Source: Candidatus Eiseniibacteriota bacterium (lineage in GTDB: Bacteria > Eisenbacteria > RBG-16-71-46 > SZUA-252). Taken from it: a stretch of 64,000 bases of DNA. Where the stretch lies: the NCBI GenBank assembly GCA_963703225.1, contig OY969801.1, forward strand, positions 2,336,001 through 2,400,000, given 5' to 3'. Under the pieces are notes generated by a model. That model saw only the letters and a list, made by a program, of their open reading frames with translations. It made no database searches and was not told the origin of the DNA. How positions within the stretch are numbered: position 1 is the first letter of the stretch; every line of letters starts with the position of its first letter. Of the stretch, positions 9,027-18,509 are shown one piece after another. Made by a program: the position numbers and the translations under genes.

Positions 9027-10244
9027 CTAATGGCGGAACGCGTTCATCAAGTTCCAGAGGGGGAGGAAGACGGCCAGGGCGGTGAAGAGAACGGCCGCGC
9101 CGAGCACCACGAGGAGCACCGGCTCGATGGCGGTGGATAGGTTCTTGATCGTGTAATCGACGTCCTGGTCATAATATCGGGCGACACGGAGGAGCATCTT
9201 GTCGATCGATCCGGTCTCCTCCCCGACCGCCAGCATCCGGACGACAAGGGGAGGGAAGATCTCGCTGTCCCGAAGCGGCTCGGCCAACCCTTGGCCGGCG
9301 ATCAGACCTTCTTTCATCCGGTCGATCTCCTCTTCCATGACGCGGTTATCCAGCGCTCCCCGGGCGATCTCGAGCGCCTGAACGATCGGGATACCGCCCG
9401 CGACCAGCGCCGCCAGCACGCGTGCGAAACGCGAGACGATTGTCTTGAGGAAGATCGGCCCGAAGATCGGAGCCGTCAGGATGAAGTGGTCGGCCTTGCG
9501 GCGCCCCGCGTCGGTCCGGTACCAGAAGACCGCGGCGGTGGCTCCGCCGGCGACCGCGGCGAGAACCAGGAACCAGTATCGGTCGATGAAGTCGCTGGTG
9601 CCGATCAGCACGCGTGTCGGAAAGGGCAGCTCGGCGTTCAGATTGCGAAAGAGCGACGCGAACCGCGGGAGCACGAACTTGACCAGGACCCCGAACGCCA
9701 GCACCAGCTCGGCCACGATCAGCAGGGGGTAGAAGGTGGCGGAACGGATCCTCTGCTCCGTCTCCTCGGCGTATTCCAATAGTGACCCGATCCGGTCGAG
9801 CATCGACGTGATGAGTCCCCCCTCCTCCCCCGCGTGGATCAGGTTCACATAGAGGCTCGGGAAGCAGCGGGGGTGACGGCTCACCGCCTCGGTCAGCGAC
9901 CCGCCTTGCTCGACGTCCGAGCGGACCCGATCGATCGCCTTCTTGAGCTCGGGGTGGAGGGTCTGCTGATGGAGGGTCTCCAGCGCGGCGAGAATCGGCA
10001 GGCCCGAGTCGAGCATGGCCTCGAGCTGGCGCGTGAAGAGAATCAGGTCCCGGGTGGCCACCCGCCTACGCAAGATGGAAATCGCCGCGGGCTTGTCGCT
10101 CTCCCTCGACTGGGCGTCCATCCGCACGGGGGTGAGTCCCATCGTCCGGACCAAATCGACGGCCCGGTCGAGATCGGGGGCTTCGACAAAGCCATGCTGG
10201 GCGAGTCCCGCGGGGCCTACCGCTCGATAGCGAAAGGAGGGCAT
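9027..10244 (-). CDS. pilC: PilC/GspF/MshG platform protein
   Basis: FTRQL..MLDSGLP, AGEEGG, VGEETG and IEP motifs; 405 aa. Confidence 0.93.
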   Translation of the reverse strand: MPSFRYRAVGPAGLAQHGFVEAPDLDRAVDLVRTMGLTPVRMDAQSRESDKPAAISILRRRVATRDLILFTRQLEAMLDSGLPILAALETLHQQTLHPELKKAIDRVRSDVEQGGSLTEAVSRHPRCFPSLYVNLIHAGEEGGLITSMLDRIGSLLEYAEETEQRIRSATFYPLLIVAELVLAFGVLVKFVLPRFASLFRNLNAELPFPTRVLIGTSDFIDRYWFLVLAAVAGGATAAVFWYRTDAGRRKADHFILTAPIFGPIFLKTIVSRFARVLAALVAGGIPIVQALEIARGALDNRVMEEEIDRMKEGLIAGQGLAEPLRDSEIFPPLVVRMLAVGEETGSIDKMLLRVARYYDQDVDYTIKNLSTAIEPVLLVVLGAAVLFTALAVFLPLWNLMNAFRH

Positions 10245-10247
10245 CGG

Positions 10248-11964
10248 CTAGAGTTCCGCCGAGGCCGCTCCGCGCTCCGCTTCGAGCGCGGGTGAATCGG
10301 GATTCGTCACGCGGAGGGCCTCCTCGAGAGTGGTGACGCCCTCCGAGGCCTGTCGGATCGCGTCGTCGCGGAGCGATCCCATGCCGTGCCTGCGGACGGC
10401 GCGGGCCAGCTCCTCGGCCGATGCCTTCGCGGTGATGAGCTCGCGCACCTCGTCGGTCACCTCGAGCACCTCGAAGATGCCGACGCGCCCGTGGTACCCC
10501 GTTCCCCCGCAGGCCGGGCAGCCCTTCCCGTGGGCGAACTTGCCCTTGCCCCGCGCGATCCCCAGTGGAGAGAGAACCTCGGCCGGAGGCTCGAAGGGCG
10601 CGCGGCACTTCTCGCAAATGCGGCGCACCAGGCGCTGGGCCACGACGCCGACCATCGCCGACGACAGGAGAAAGGGCTCGATCTTCATGTCGATGAGGCG
10701 CGGGATCGCGCCCGAGGCGTCGTTGGTGTGGAGCGTCGAGAGCACCAGGTGCCCCGTGAGCGCCGATCGGACCGCGATCTCGGCCGTGTCGCACGTCGCG
10801 GATCTCGCCGACCAGGATCACGTCGGGGTCCTGACGCAGAAGGGCCCTCAGCCCGCGCGCGAAGGTCAGCCCGATGTCGGGGTCGACCTGAGTCTGGCGG
10901 ATCGAGCCCATGTGGTACTCCACGGGGTCTTCCAGCGTGACGATGTTCCGATCGACGCGGTTGATCTTGTGGATGCAGGAGTAGAGGGTCGTCGTCTTGC
11001 CGCTCCCGGTCGGCCCGGTCACGAGCACGATGCCGTTGGGGCGCTCGATCATCCGGCTGACCACGACGTAGTGGTGCTTCGCCAGCCCCAGCTCCTCCAG
11101 GCCGACCAGAGCCGCAGAGCGGTCGAGGAGTCGCATCACGATGTTCTCGCCGTGGATCGTCGGAAAGGTGGACACGCGGACGTCCAGCTCGCGGCCGATC
11201 GCCGTCATGCGGAGGCGGCCGTCCTGGGGCAGCCGGCGCTCGGAGATGTCGAGCGTGGCCATGACCTTCACGCGCGACACGATCGACGAGTAGAGCGTCT
11301 TGGACTGGACCGAGATCTCCCGCAAGACACCGTCGACGCGGAAGCGAATCCGGAAGGAGGACTCCTCCGGCTCGAAGTGGAGATCGGAGGCCCCGTCCCG
11401 GAGCGCCTGCTGGACGATCATGTTCACGAACCGGATGATCGGTCCGTCTTCTTCGGGCCGCGCGCCCGCGATCTCGGCGACGGCCTGCCGGAGCCCCTGT
11501 TCCTTGGCGAGCTGCTCCAGCCCGCCGGTCATCGGATGGTGCCGCTCGACCGCCTCGCGGATCTGGGCCTCGGACGAGACGACCACGTCCACCTGGAGCC
11601 CGGTGCTCTGCTTGACCTCGTCGATCGCGACGAAGTCGAGCGGGTCGGCCATGGCCACGGTGATCGTGTTCGCGATCTTGAAGAGCGGAAGGACGTGGTA
11701 CTGGCGGGCGACGCGCTCCGGAACGAGCTGGACGATCTCGGGCTCGAGCGCGTAGGTCGAGACGTCCATGACGGGAATGCCGAGCTGATCCTGGTAGTAG
11801 TCGAGGATCGCCTGCTCCGGGACCAGCTCCAGCTTCAGGAGGACGTCGCGAAGAGCGGCGCCGGTTCGACGCTGCTCTTCCAGGGCGCGCGCGAGCCCCT
11901 CGGCGGAGAGGTTTCCCTGCTCCACCAAGCACTGTCCGAGTGGCTTTCGGCCCCCTGCCGCCAT
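10248..11964 (-). CDS. pilB: PilB/GspE/MshE assembly ATPase with one frameshift near 10791
   Basis: Walker [33 protein letters not shown] and a Zn motif (CEKC...CPAC), split between ORFs 10066..11964 and 10248..10745. Removing one base restores GEIRDVDTAEIA. Confidence 0.92.
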
Positions 11965-12023
11965 CGCTCCTCCGACCCCCGTTCAAGCGCGTGACCACGC
12001 GTGGCTCTGAAGCGCCACCTCCG

Positions 12024-12051
12024 GTATCGGCATGCCGCAGCGCCATCTGGA
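12024..12051 (-). promoter_or_regulatory. Possible sigma28/SigD-type promoter for the pilus operon
   Basis: TCCA-N16-GCCGATAC about 60 nt upstream of the pilB start; -10 matches GCCGATAA/T, -35 is weak. Confidence 0.3.
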
Positions 12052-12134
12052 GGCGAAGGTTTTGGAGTCGGGGCAGGCGACCGACCCGCCGGAGAGGGCG
12101 ATCGGGGTGGAGCGAGGGGTTCTTTAGGGCGGAA

Positions 12135-13106
12135 CTAGCGGGCGCCTTCCGGCGAGCCTTCAGCGGGCAGGTGCCCCTCCTCGGGGACCTGGGTCACCTC
12201 CGGCACGGCGTCCGCCCCGAGGTCGAGGAGCGTCAATTCGGTCTGGGTGAAGACCCGCGGCGTTGCCGAGGCGCTGTCGGGCCGGGACGCACCGTCGTTC
12301 GGGACCACCGCCCCGCTGTCCGCCGCGGCGGCATCGTCGCCCGCGGCTCCGCTGTCGGCCAGCGCGACCGACACGCGTTGCATGGTCACCTGAAAGAGGG
12401 AGCGCGCGAATCCGGTGATCGGCACCGCCGGATTTCGCCAGTACTGTTGGGTCAGGAGCGGCCGGTTCAGCCGGGTCTTGTCCCCCGGGACGGGCCAGGT
12501 GTCCACGCCGCTCATTCGAATCCGTTCGACGATCGTCGGGACCACGCGCCGTCCGATCCGGAGCGTATCGGGCCCGAGGGTGTCTCGAACGGCGGGCGTG
12601 TTGGAGTCGTACTCGAAAAGCTCCACCGTGGAGACCTCGCTCCCCGAACGCACCTCCGAGGAGGTGGAGATGGGATACTCGAACAGCTTCCCGCCTGACG
12701 TCAGAACCTGGTAGCGGACGAGGCGCACGATGGGCCGCTCCGGCTTCGGGAGCGAGTCCGGAGGCGGCTCCTCCGACTCCCCGGCCTCAAGCACCGCCGA
12801 CGGGTCGACGATGACGAAAAACCCCCGCTCGATCCTCTTCCCCGAGGGAAGTCCCTCGGTCTTCAGCTCGACCCAGAATCCGTCCCGGCCCTGGTACTGC
12901 TCCCGCGCGACGATGGCGACCCGCTGCGTGTACTCGCGGGGAGGGAGGGATCGGAATTGCGTGCGGACCCGGTAGGAGACCCAGGCGCCGACGATCGACG
13001 TCGTGGGAAATTGGAGCGCGTCCAGCTTGAGCGCCTGGGCCAAGGCCGGTGAGGGATCCGTTCCCAGAAGGATGACAGCGAGGAGGAACAGGGTGCTGCG
13101 GCGCAC
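12135..13106 (-). CDS. Secreted hypothetical protein, probably co-transcribed with the selenoprotein cytochrome
   Basis: Signal peptide (MRRSTLFLLAVILLG...ALAQA); beta-rich; 1-nt gap after the upstream stop. Confidence 0.75.
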   Translation of the reverse strand: MRRSTLFLLAVILLGTDPSPALAQALKLDALQFPTTSIVGAWVSYRVRTQFRSLPPREYTQRVAIVAREQYQGRDGFWVELKTEGLPSGKRIERGFFVIVDPSAVLEAGESEEPPPDSLPKPERPIVRLVRYQVLTSGGKLFEYPISTSSEVRSGSEVSTVELFEYDSNTPAVRDTLGPDTLRIGRRVVPTIVERIRMSGVDTWPVPGDKTRLNRPLLTQQYWRNPAVPITGFARSLFQVTMQRVSVALADSGAAGDDAAAADSGAVVPNDGASRPDSASATPRVFTQTELTLLDLGADAVPEVTQVPEEGHLPAEGSPEGAR

Positions 13107-13107
13107 G

Positions 13108-14445
13108 CTACTTCCAGTGGACGATCTTGGCCACCATCTCGTCGTATTGGAAGTTCGGGCTCTGCGCGGCCGTGTGGCACGTCATGCAGACGTCCGGCCC
13201 CACGATCGCATCCGCCTGTGGATGCCGGGTCCCCATGCCGTGACAGTTCTCGCACTGCACGTTGACCAGGTCGGGGGTGGCTTGCCGCGTCACAAATCCG
13301 CCCGCCGAGCCCATGCCCACGACGTGACAGGGGAGGCACTCGGGCGTTGCGTCGCGCTGGTTCTTGACCAACGTTTCAAACGCGTGGGCGTGCGTTTGGC
13401 TCGCGTACATCTGGTATTCCATCTCGTGGCAGCGACGGCAGGTCTTCTCGCCTAGGTAATGGTCTCCGGCCATTTGGGCCTTGGTGAGCTCCTCCTGCCT
13501 CTTCGCGTCCACCTCGTTCTTCTGCGCGAATTTTTCGTTCAACTCGTTGCTGAACGCGTCGACCGCGCGGTTCATGGTGTCGTCCGCCGGCACCTTGTCG
13601 TCCAAGATCACCACTTCCCCGTCGAACGAGGTGATCTTCCCACCCTCGACCGCGAGATGAAGCTGCGGGATGTATTGCCCTTGCTGGCCCCCGCGCAGGG
13701 TGATGACCTCCTGGGTTTTCACGATGCTCCGGAAGAGCCCCGCCTGGTGCCCGAAGACCATCACGTCGATGCCCGGGACCTGGACGGTCAGCTGCTGGCC
13801 CGCCGTCAAGCCGAGGTGAGACAGCAGGACGATGACGTCCGCCTTGCCCTTGAGCTCCGGGACGAGCTTCTTGGCGGTCTCCACGGGGTCGAGGATCTCG
13901 AGGGCCCGCTCGCCCGGGAGCTGGCGGAGCTTCGAATCGATGGAGATCAGGCCCGTGAATGCGACCCGGACGTTGCAAACCTTGCGGATGACGTACGGCT
14001 TCACGAAGGGCTTCTTGGTGTCCGTGTAGACGATGTTCGCCGAGACGACATCGATCTTCGTCTTCTTGAAGGAGTCGAGGAGGTATTGCTGCCCGAAGTT
14101 GAACTCGCGCTCTCCCAAGGTCACCACGTCGTAGCCGAGGAGGTCCATGGCATGGACCATGTAGCCGCTCTTGAGGGAGTCCTGCTCTCCTTGGACGCCA
14201 AAGAAATCCCCTGCGTCCACGACGAACCCCGTCGGGAACTTCAGCCTACCGACTTTGAGTTGGCTCGCCCTCCGGGCGAGCCCGCCTAGCGGATGCGCGT
14301 GTCAGCCACAGGGGGCCAGCTCGGCGTACACATCCGTGGTGCTCTGGATCAGGATGTCGCACGGAGCGTTCTTCCCCTGGAGCGGGGTGGTCACCGCAAG
14401 TCCAACCAGGACAAAGAGTACGATCAGATAACGGAGCCGTGGCAG
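13108..14445 (-). CDS. Probable selenoprotein: UshA/5'-nucleotidase-like domain with CGU motif fused to a tetraheme c554-like cytochrome domain
   Basis: The frame of ORF 13108..14220 continues upstream through one TGA (14302-14304) to a signal peptide: LPRLRYLIVLFVLVGLAVTTPLQG...TTDVYAELAPCG(U)HAHPLGGLARRA...VVDAGD. Probable CTG start at 14445 after GAGGGGG. C-terminal CRRCH, CLPCH, CENCH, CMTCH. Confidence 0.85.
14262..14282 (-). promoter_or_regulatory. Bacterial SECIS-like hairpin
   Basis: GGCUCGCCC-GGA-GGGCGAGCC: perfect 9-bp stem with G first in the loop; loop starts 28 nt after the UGA. Confidence 0.78.
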
Positions 14446-14495
14446 CGAAAATCACCCCCTCGTCTGAAAACGTAGTTCGGACGCCAAGTTGCAGA

Positions 14496-14525
14496 ACTAT
14501 ACCCCGCTTCCAAGCGGGGGTTCAA
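14496..14525 (-). promoter_or_regulatory. Sigma70-type promoter of the selenoprotein gene with palindromic spacer
   Basis: TTGAAC-N18-TATAGT; the spacer is the inverted repeat CCCCGCTT-N2-AAGCGGGG. Confidence 0.6.
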
Positions 14526-14535
14526 CCGGACCCCC

Positions 14536-14572
14536 AAAAAAGGGAAGGGGCGGGATGGATGCCCGCCCCTTC
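14536..14572 (-). terminator. Rho-independent terminator after HU
   Basis: 11-bp stem GAAGGGGCGGG/CCCGCCCCTTC, then CC and T6 on the minus strand. Confidence 0.8.
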
Positions 14573-14593
14573 ACAAAGTCCTCGAGGGGGGAA

Positions 14594-14884
14594 CTACTTC
14601 CGGACGCGGTCCTTCAGTGCCTTGCCGGCGTGGAATGCCGGGAAGCGGGACGCCGCGATCTTGATGCGCTCGCCCGTCTGGGGGTTGCGGCCTTCACGCG
14701 CCTTCCGCTTGCGGGTCTCAAACGTTCCGAATCCGGTGATCTGGACTTTCTTTCCCGAGATCAGGGCGGACGCGATCAAGCCCTCCTTCCCTGGCGAGAA
14801 GAGTGTGTCGATGACCGCGCGTGCTTCGCGCGCGGAGAGCGAGGTCTTCTTGGCGATGGTGGCGATGAGCTCCGTCTTGTTCAT
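14594..14884 (-). CDS. hup: HU/IHF-family DNA-binding protein
   Basis: MNKTELIA...GFGTF...GRNPQTGE...FHAGKALKD; RBS AAGGAGG before ATG 14884. Confidence 0.95.
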   Translation of the reverse strand: MNKTELIATIAKKTSLSAREARAVIDTLFSPGKEGLIASALISGKKVQITGFGTFETRKRKAREGRNPQTGERIKIAASRFPAFHAGKALKDRVRK

Positions 14885-14917
14885 TCGATTCACCTCCTTT
14901 CCCTGGAATGAGGCGTG

Positions 14918-14946
14918 ACGTTACGCCGCACTCCTGGGGGTGTCAA
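14918..14946 (-). promoter_or_regulatory. Sigma70 promoter of hup
   Basis: TTGACA-N17-TAACGT on the minus strand. Confidence 0.7.
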
Positions 14947-14975
14947 TCGGATTCCGCATGAGGACGCGGAAATAT

Positions 14976-17900
14976 CTAGTAGAGGTTTTGAATCCCGCCA
15001 AATCCGCGCAGCCCGCGCGAACCCTGCTCAAAGTAGACCTCAGGAAGGTTCTTGACGTTGATCTTGAAGTAGTACTCGTTGCCAACGTCACCCGAGATGC
15101 TCCTCGTGAATTGCATTTCCCAGCAGTGAAGCTCGCGCTTGACGGTGAAGAACTGCGAAACGAGCTTCCCCGCCTTGATGTCGAACTGCCAGATGTAGTC
15201 GAAGCGCCAATTCTTGGAGAGATTCATGCCGGTTGTCCCGTTCAGCCGCGCGGTCGAGGACCAGGCCGTGTATCCGCCGCCGGTGGCGCGCGCCCGGGAG
15301 CTGCTGTAGAAGATGGAAGCGGACAGGGACCACGGGAGCCCCGACGGCGTGAGACCCTGCGGGGTCAGCGGCGTTGCCTCTCGCACCGCTTCCGCGCCCG
15401 GCTCTTGGGATATCGCCGCTCCCTCGTCGCCCGAGGGGCTTTGCCCTTGGAAGCCGATCCCGGTCGAGGCACTGAACTGGAGCAGCTTGGCGTCGTAGGG
15501 ATTGTTCACGAACCCAAAACTGAAATCGCTTCGCTGGATCGGCTTGATCTGGAGGCTGGTGGAGATATCCGAGAGTGGTTTGGCCCCGCCCTTTGACGCC
15601 AGGATGTTGTAGCTCCCCCGCGAATCGAGAAGGATCAGATTGTTCAGGACCTTCGGATTGGCCGCGCCCCCCCACTTGGCGTGGACGTCGTTTCGGAGCG
15701 AGAAATCGATCCGCTTGGCCTCTCCGCCCGCGAGGCTGATGCCCGTCACGCCGTCAAACCGGGACCGGACGATCCCAGCGGGGTCTCGGTAGAGCAGGCT
15801 GGTGTTCTGCGGCTGATAGGCGAACGACACCGAGGGAGTCACGACATGGCGGATCGCCCGGAGCGGCCCGAGCGATGTGTGAAACGTGCCAAAGATCGCG
15901 GTGTTGACTCCCACCCCGGCGCTCCAAACCCCGCCGATCTGGTTTTCCGCCCCCGATTGATCCCGGCTGTAGTAGACCCCGCTGTAGCTGAATCGCGGGC
16001 TCATGCGCAGGAATCCGAGGAGGGTCCGGACGTCGGTCAAGCCAAAGTCGTAGCGCGCCGCGCCGCGAGCGTCGAGGGAGTCTACGGGAACCTGGGTCAC
16101 CGTGGTGTCGATCGGTACGCCGCCGGAGTAGACGACCGTCGTCTCCGGACGAAAGTAGCGCTCGTACTCTTTCCGCTCGTAGAGACCGGTCGTGCTGAAG
16201 CTGTAAACCGTGGTGGCCAGCCAGGGGAGTTTGGCGGGCTCCTGGTTTCGCTCCAGATGCCCGATGGGTCGAGCGTTGATGCGATAGGTGATTGAGGGCA
16301 GCTGCTGCTGTGTCTTGAGCCCGCCCGGCTCCGCGTCCAGATCCTCTGTCTGGAGTAGCCCCAGGCTGAACGATCCGCCGCTCCATCCCTTCTGGAGCGA
16401 CAAGTTGGAGCGCAGATTCCGCTGGATGCGCAGCAAGACGTTGTTTCCAAGGTTGGGGTCGCGGCGAAATTCGCTCGAATTGGTCAGGTCGGCCTGCGCC
16501 GCGAGGTTGAAATTCGCCCCCAGCGTCTGGAAGTGCCGGCCAATCAGATCCCAGCGGCTGGAGCCCCCGGTCCCGAACTGGTTCTCATACGAAGTGCTGA
16601 TCTGCCCCTGGTAGCCGTATCGCTTGTGGTAACGGTACTGGCCATGGGCCACCCAGCTCTGCTGCTGGTAGTAGTCCCACCATGCCGTGGCATCCATGTA
16701 GTCATTGATGGCCCAGTAGTACCCCACGTTTCGGACGAACTTGCCTCCCGTCGTGGAGGAGCCAAACTCCACCTGCGGCAATTGAAATCCGGAATGGCGC
16801 CCCGGCTTGATCGGGAAGACATAGAACGGCAGTGCCAGCACCGGGATGTGCTTGATGTAGAAGACGACCGGCCGCGCGATGACCTTGTCTTGGAGGATCA
16901 CCTTCATCTTGCTGCTCTCGAAGTGGTAGTGGGTCTCCCTCAGATCGCATGTCGAATAGGTGCCGTTCCTCACCTCGAGCACGTTCTCCGAGATTTTCTT
17001 GACCCGCTCGCCGTAGATGAATCCCCTGTCGTAGGTGGTGCGCCCCTCGTAGACGATCCCTTGCCGGGCGTTCAAATCGTAGGTCATGGTCTCGCCGGTG
17101 ATCCGGTCCTTCCCGTCGTTCAGGATCGGGTTTCCTTCGGCGCGCATGTGATCGGTATTGGAGTTGAAGGTGACCCGGTCGGCGCCCAGACGCATCTCCT
17201 TGTAGGTCACGTCCGCCGATCCGAGGATGTCGACCGTTCCCTTGTCCACGTCGTAGACGATTTCGGAGCCCTTGTACCGAACCTGCTCATCCGCGTGTAG
17301 CTTGCTCGTGTCCCCCTCCGCGACCATGTAGTAGACGCCACGGCTCCCACCGCGCACGACGGCGCGGGCGGGCTTCCCCTTTTCGAAGAAGACGTGGATC
17401 GTGTCGCCTTCCGAGTCGTTCCGGCCGCCTTGGCCGCTGTCGGCGCTGCTCGGCCAGTAGCGGCTCTCGGCGTGCCCCACGATGACCGCCTCCCGCGCCT
17501 GCTCGTCCATGAAGTGGACCGTGATCGTGTCGCCGGTCGCGACGTTCCGCTCCCCATGACCGGAGTCCGCTTTCGCGGTGTACTCCACGATCCCGTGCGG
17601 ACGCAGCCGGAGCGACTCCAGCCGGTTCTCGTTGAAATGGATCTCGATCGTGTCGCCGCGGGCGACCCCCTCGTCGTCCCACGCGCGCGGGTTCCCCAAG
17701 AGGAGCGCGAGCTGCTCGTTCTGATAGAACTCGGCACGGTCGCAGGTCGCACGGAGCGCCTCGCGGCGGATCCGCACGCCCCCCATCGCGTAGACCCGTC
17801 GGCGCGCGTTGTCGAACTCCAGAGCGGTGCCGCGGACCTCGGTCTTCTTTCCGCCCTTCTCTTCCATCTCGAGAACGGGTTCCACCTCCGCCCACGCGTA

Positions 17901-18509
17901 GTCCGCTCTCCGGTCGTAGCGGACCCGATTGGCGCGCACACGGGTCTTCTCCTTGCTGTCGTAGGCGTCCACATGGCCGGACGCCGAAACCACGTCCCGG
18001 TTTCGGTCATATTCGATCCGGTCGGCGAGCAGCGTGCGCGTGGAGTCTTGGAGGCGGGGGCTGCCGGTGATGACCGATCGATTCTCGGCGCGATAGAAGC
18101 GAGCTTCTCGCCCGGTGATGACCGCCCCGTTCTCCTCGATGCGGACGTCGCCCCGCAGCGTGGCGACGCGCGTCTTTCGGTCGTAGGAGGCCTCGCGCCC
18201 CCACATGTGGGTCGCACCGTCGACGATGCGCACGTTGCCCCGGAACTGCACCAGTTCTTGCAATCGATAGATCACGGCCGAGTCGCCCGTCACCGTGGTC
18301 GTGCCATGGACGACCGTGACCCGGGTCGCGGTGTATGCGTTCTCTCCGGCCGACACCGAGCCCTCCAGGCGATCGGCGCTCAACCGGTAGGGCTCGCCGG
18401 CGACGCTCTCCACGACCGTCGTGTCGGGCGGCGCGGCGGCGGCGCGCGTGGCGACGAGGACGAGTAGCGCCGCCCCCAGGGCGGCGGCAAGGGTCGCCCT
18501 AGAGTGCAC
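14976..18509 (-). CDS. lptD: LPS-assembly protein LptD with greatly extended OstA/LptA-like beta-jellyroll N-terminus
   Basis: Signal peptide from GTG 18509; about 450 aa of jellyroll repeats; LptD motifs YSTCD...HY, PVLALPF, RHSGF, GYYW, RELHCW; about 1177 aa. Confidence 0.85.
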   Translation of the reverse strand: MHSRATLAAALGAALLVLVATRAAAAPPDTTVVESVAGEPYRLSADRLEGSVSAGENAYTATRVTVVHGTTTVTGDSAVIYRLQELVQFRGNVRIVDGATHMWGREASYDRKTRVATLRGDVRIEENGAVITGREARFYRAENRSVITGSPRLQDSTRTLLADRIEYDRNRDVVSASGHVDAYDSKEKTRVRANRVRYDRRADYAWAEVEPVLEMEEKGGKKTEVRGTALEFDNARRRVYAMGGVRIRREALRATCDRAEFYQNEQLALLLGNPRAWDDEGVARGDTIEIHFNENRLESLRLRPHGIVEYTAKADSGHGERNVATGDTITVHFMDEQAREAVIVGHAESRYWPSSADSGQGGRNDSEGDTIHVFFEKGKPARAVVRGGSRGVYYMVAEGDTSKLHADEQVRYKGSEIVYDVDKGTVDILGSADVTYKEMRLGADRVTFNSNTDHMRAEGNPILNDGKDRITGETMTYDLNARQGIVYEGRTTYDRGFIYGERVKKISENVLEVRNGTYSTCDLRETHYHFESSKMKVILQDKVIARPVVFYIKHIPVLALPFYVFPIKPGRHSGFQLPQVEFGSSTTGGKFVRNVGYYWAINDYMDATAWWDYYQQQSWVAHGQYRYHKRYGYQGQISTSYENQFGTGGSSRWDLIGRHFQTLGANFNLAAQADLTNSSEFRRDPNLGNNVLLRIQRNLRSNLSLQKGWSGGSFSLGLLQTEDLDAEPGGLKTQQQLPSITYRINARPIGHLERNQEPAKLPWLATTVYSFSTTGLYERKEYERYFRPETTVVYSGGVPIDTTVTQVPVDSLDARGAARYDFGLTDVRTLLGFLRMSPRFSYSGVYYSRDQSGAENQIGGVWSAGVGVNTAIFGTFHTSLGPLRAIRHVVTPSVSFAYQPQNTSLLYRDPAGIVRSRFDGVTGISLAGGEAKRIDFSLRNDVHAKWGGAANPKVLNNLILLDSRGSYNILASKGGAKPLSDISTSLQIKPIQRSDFSFGFVNNPYDAKLLQFSASTGIGFQGQSPSGDEGAAISQEPGAEAVREATPLTPQGLTPSGLPWSLSASIFYSSSRARATGGGYTAWSSTARLNGTTGMNLSKNWRFDYIWQFDIKAGKLVSQFFTVKRELHCWEMQFTRSISGDVGNEYYFKINVKNLPEVYFEQGSRGLRGFGGIQNLY

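Noticed and set aside
14246..14455. 69-aa ORF MIFAATAPL...
   Set aside because: Wrong frame; the overlapping frame encodes the signal peptide and CGU motif of the selenoprotein.
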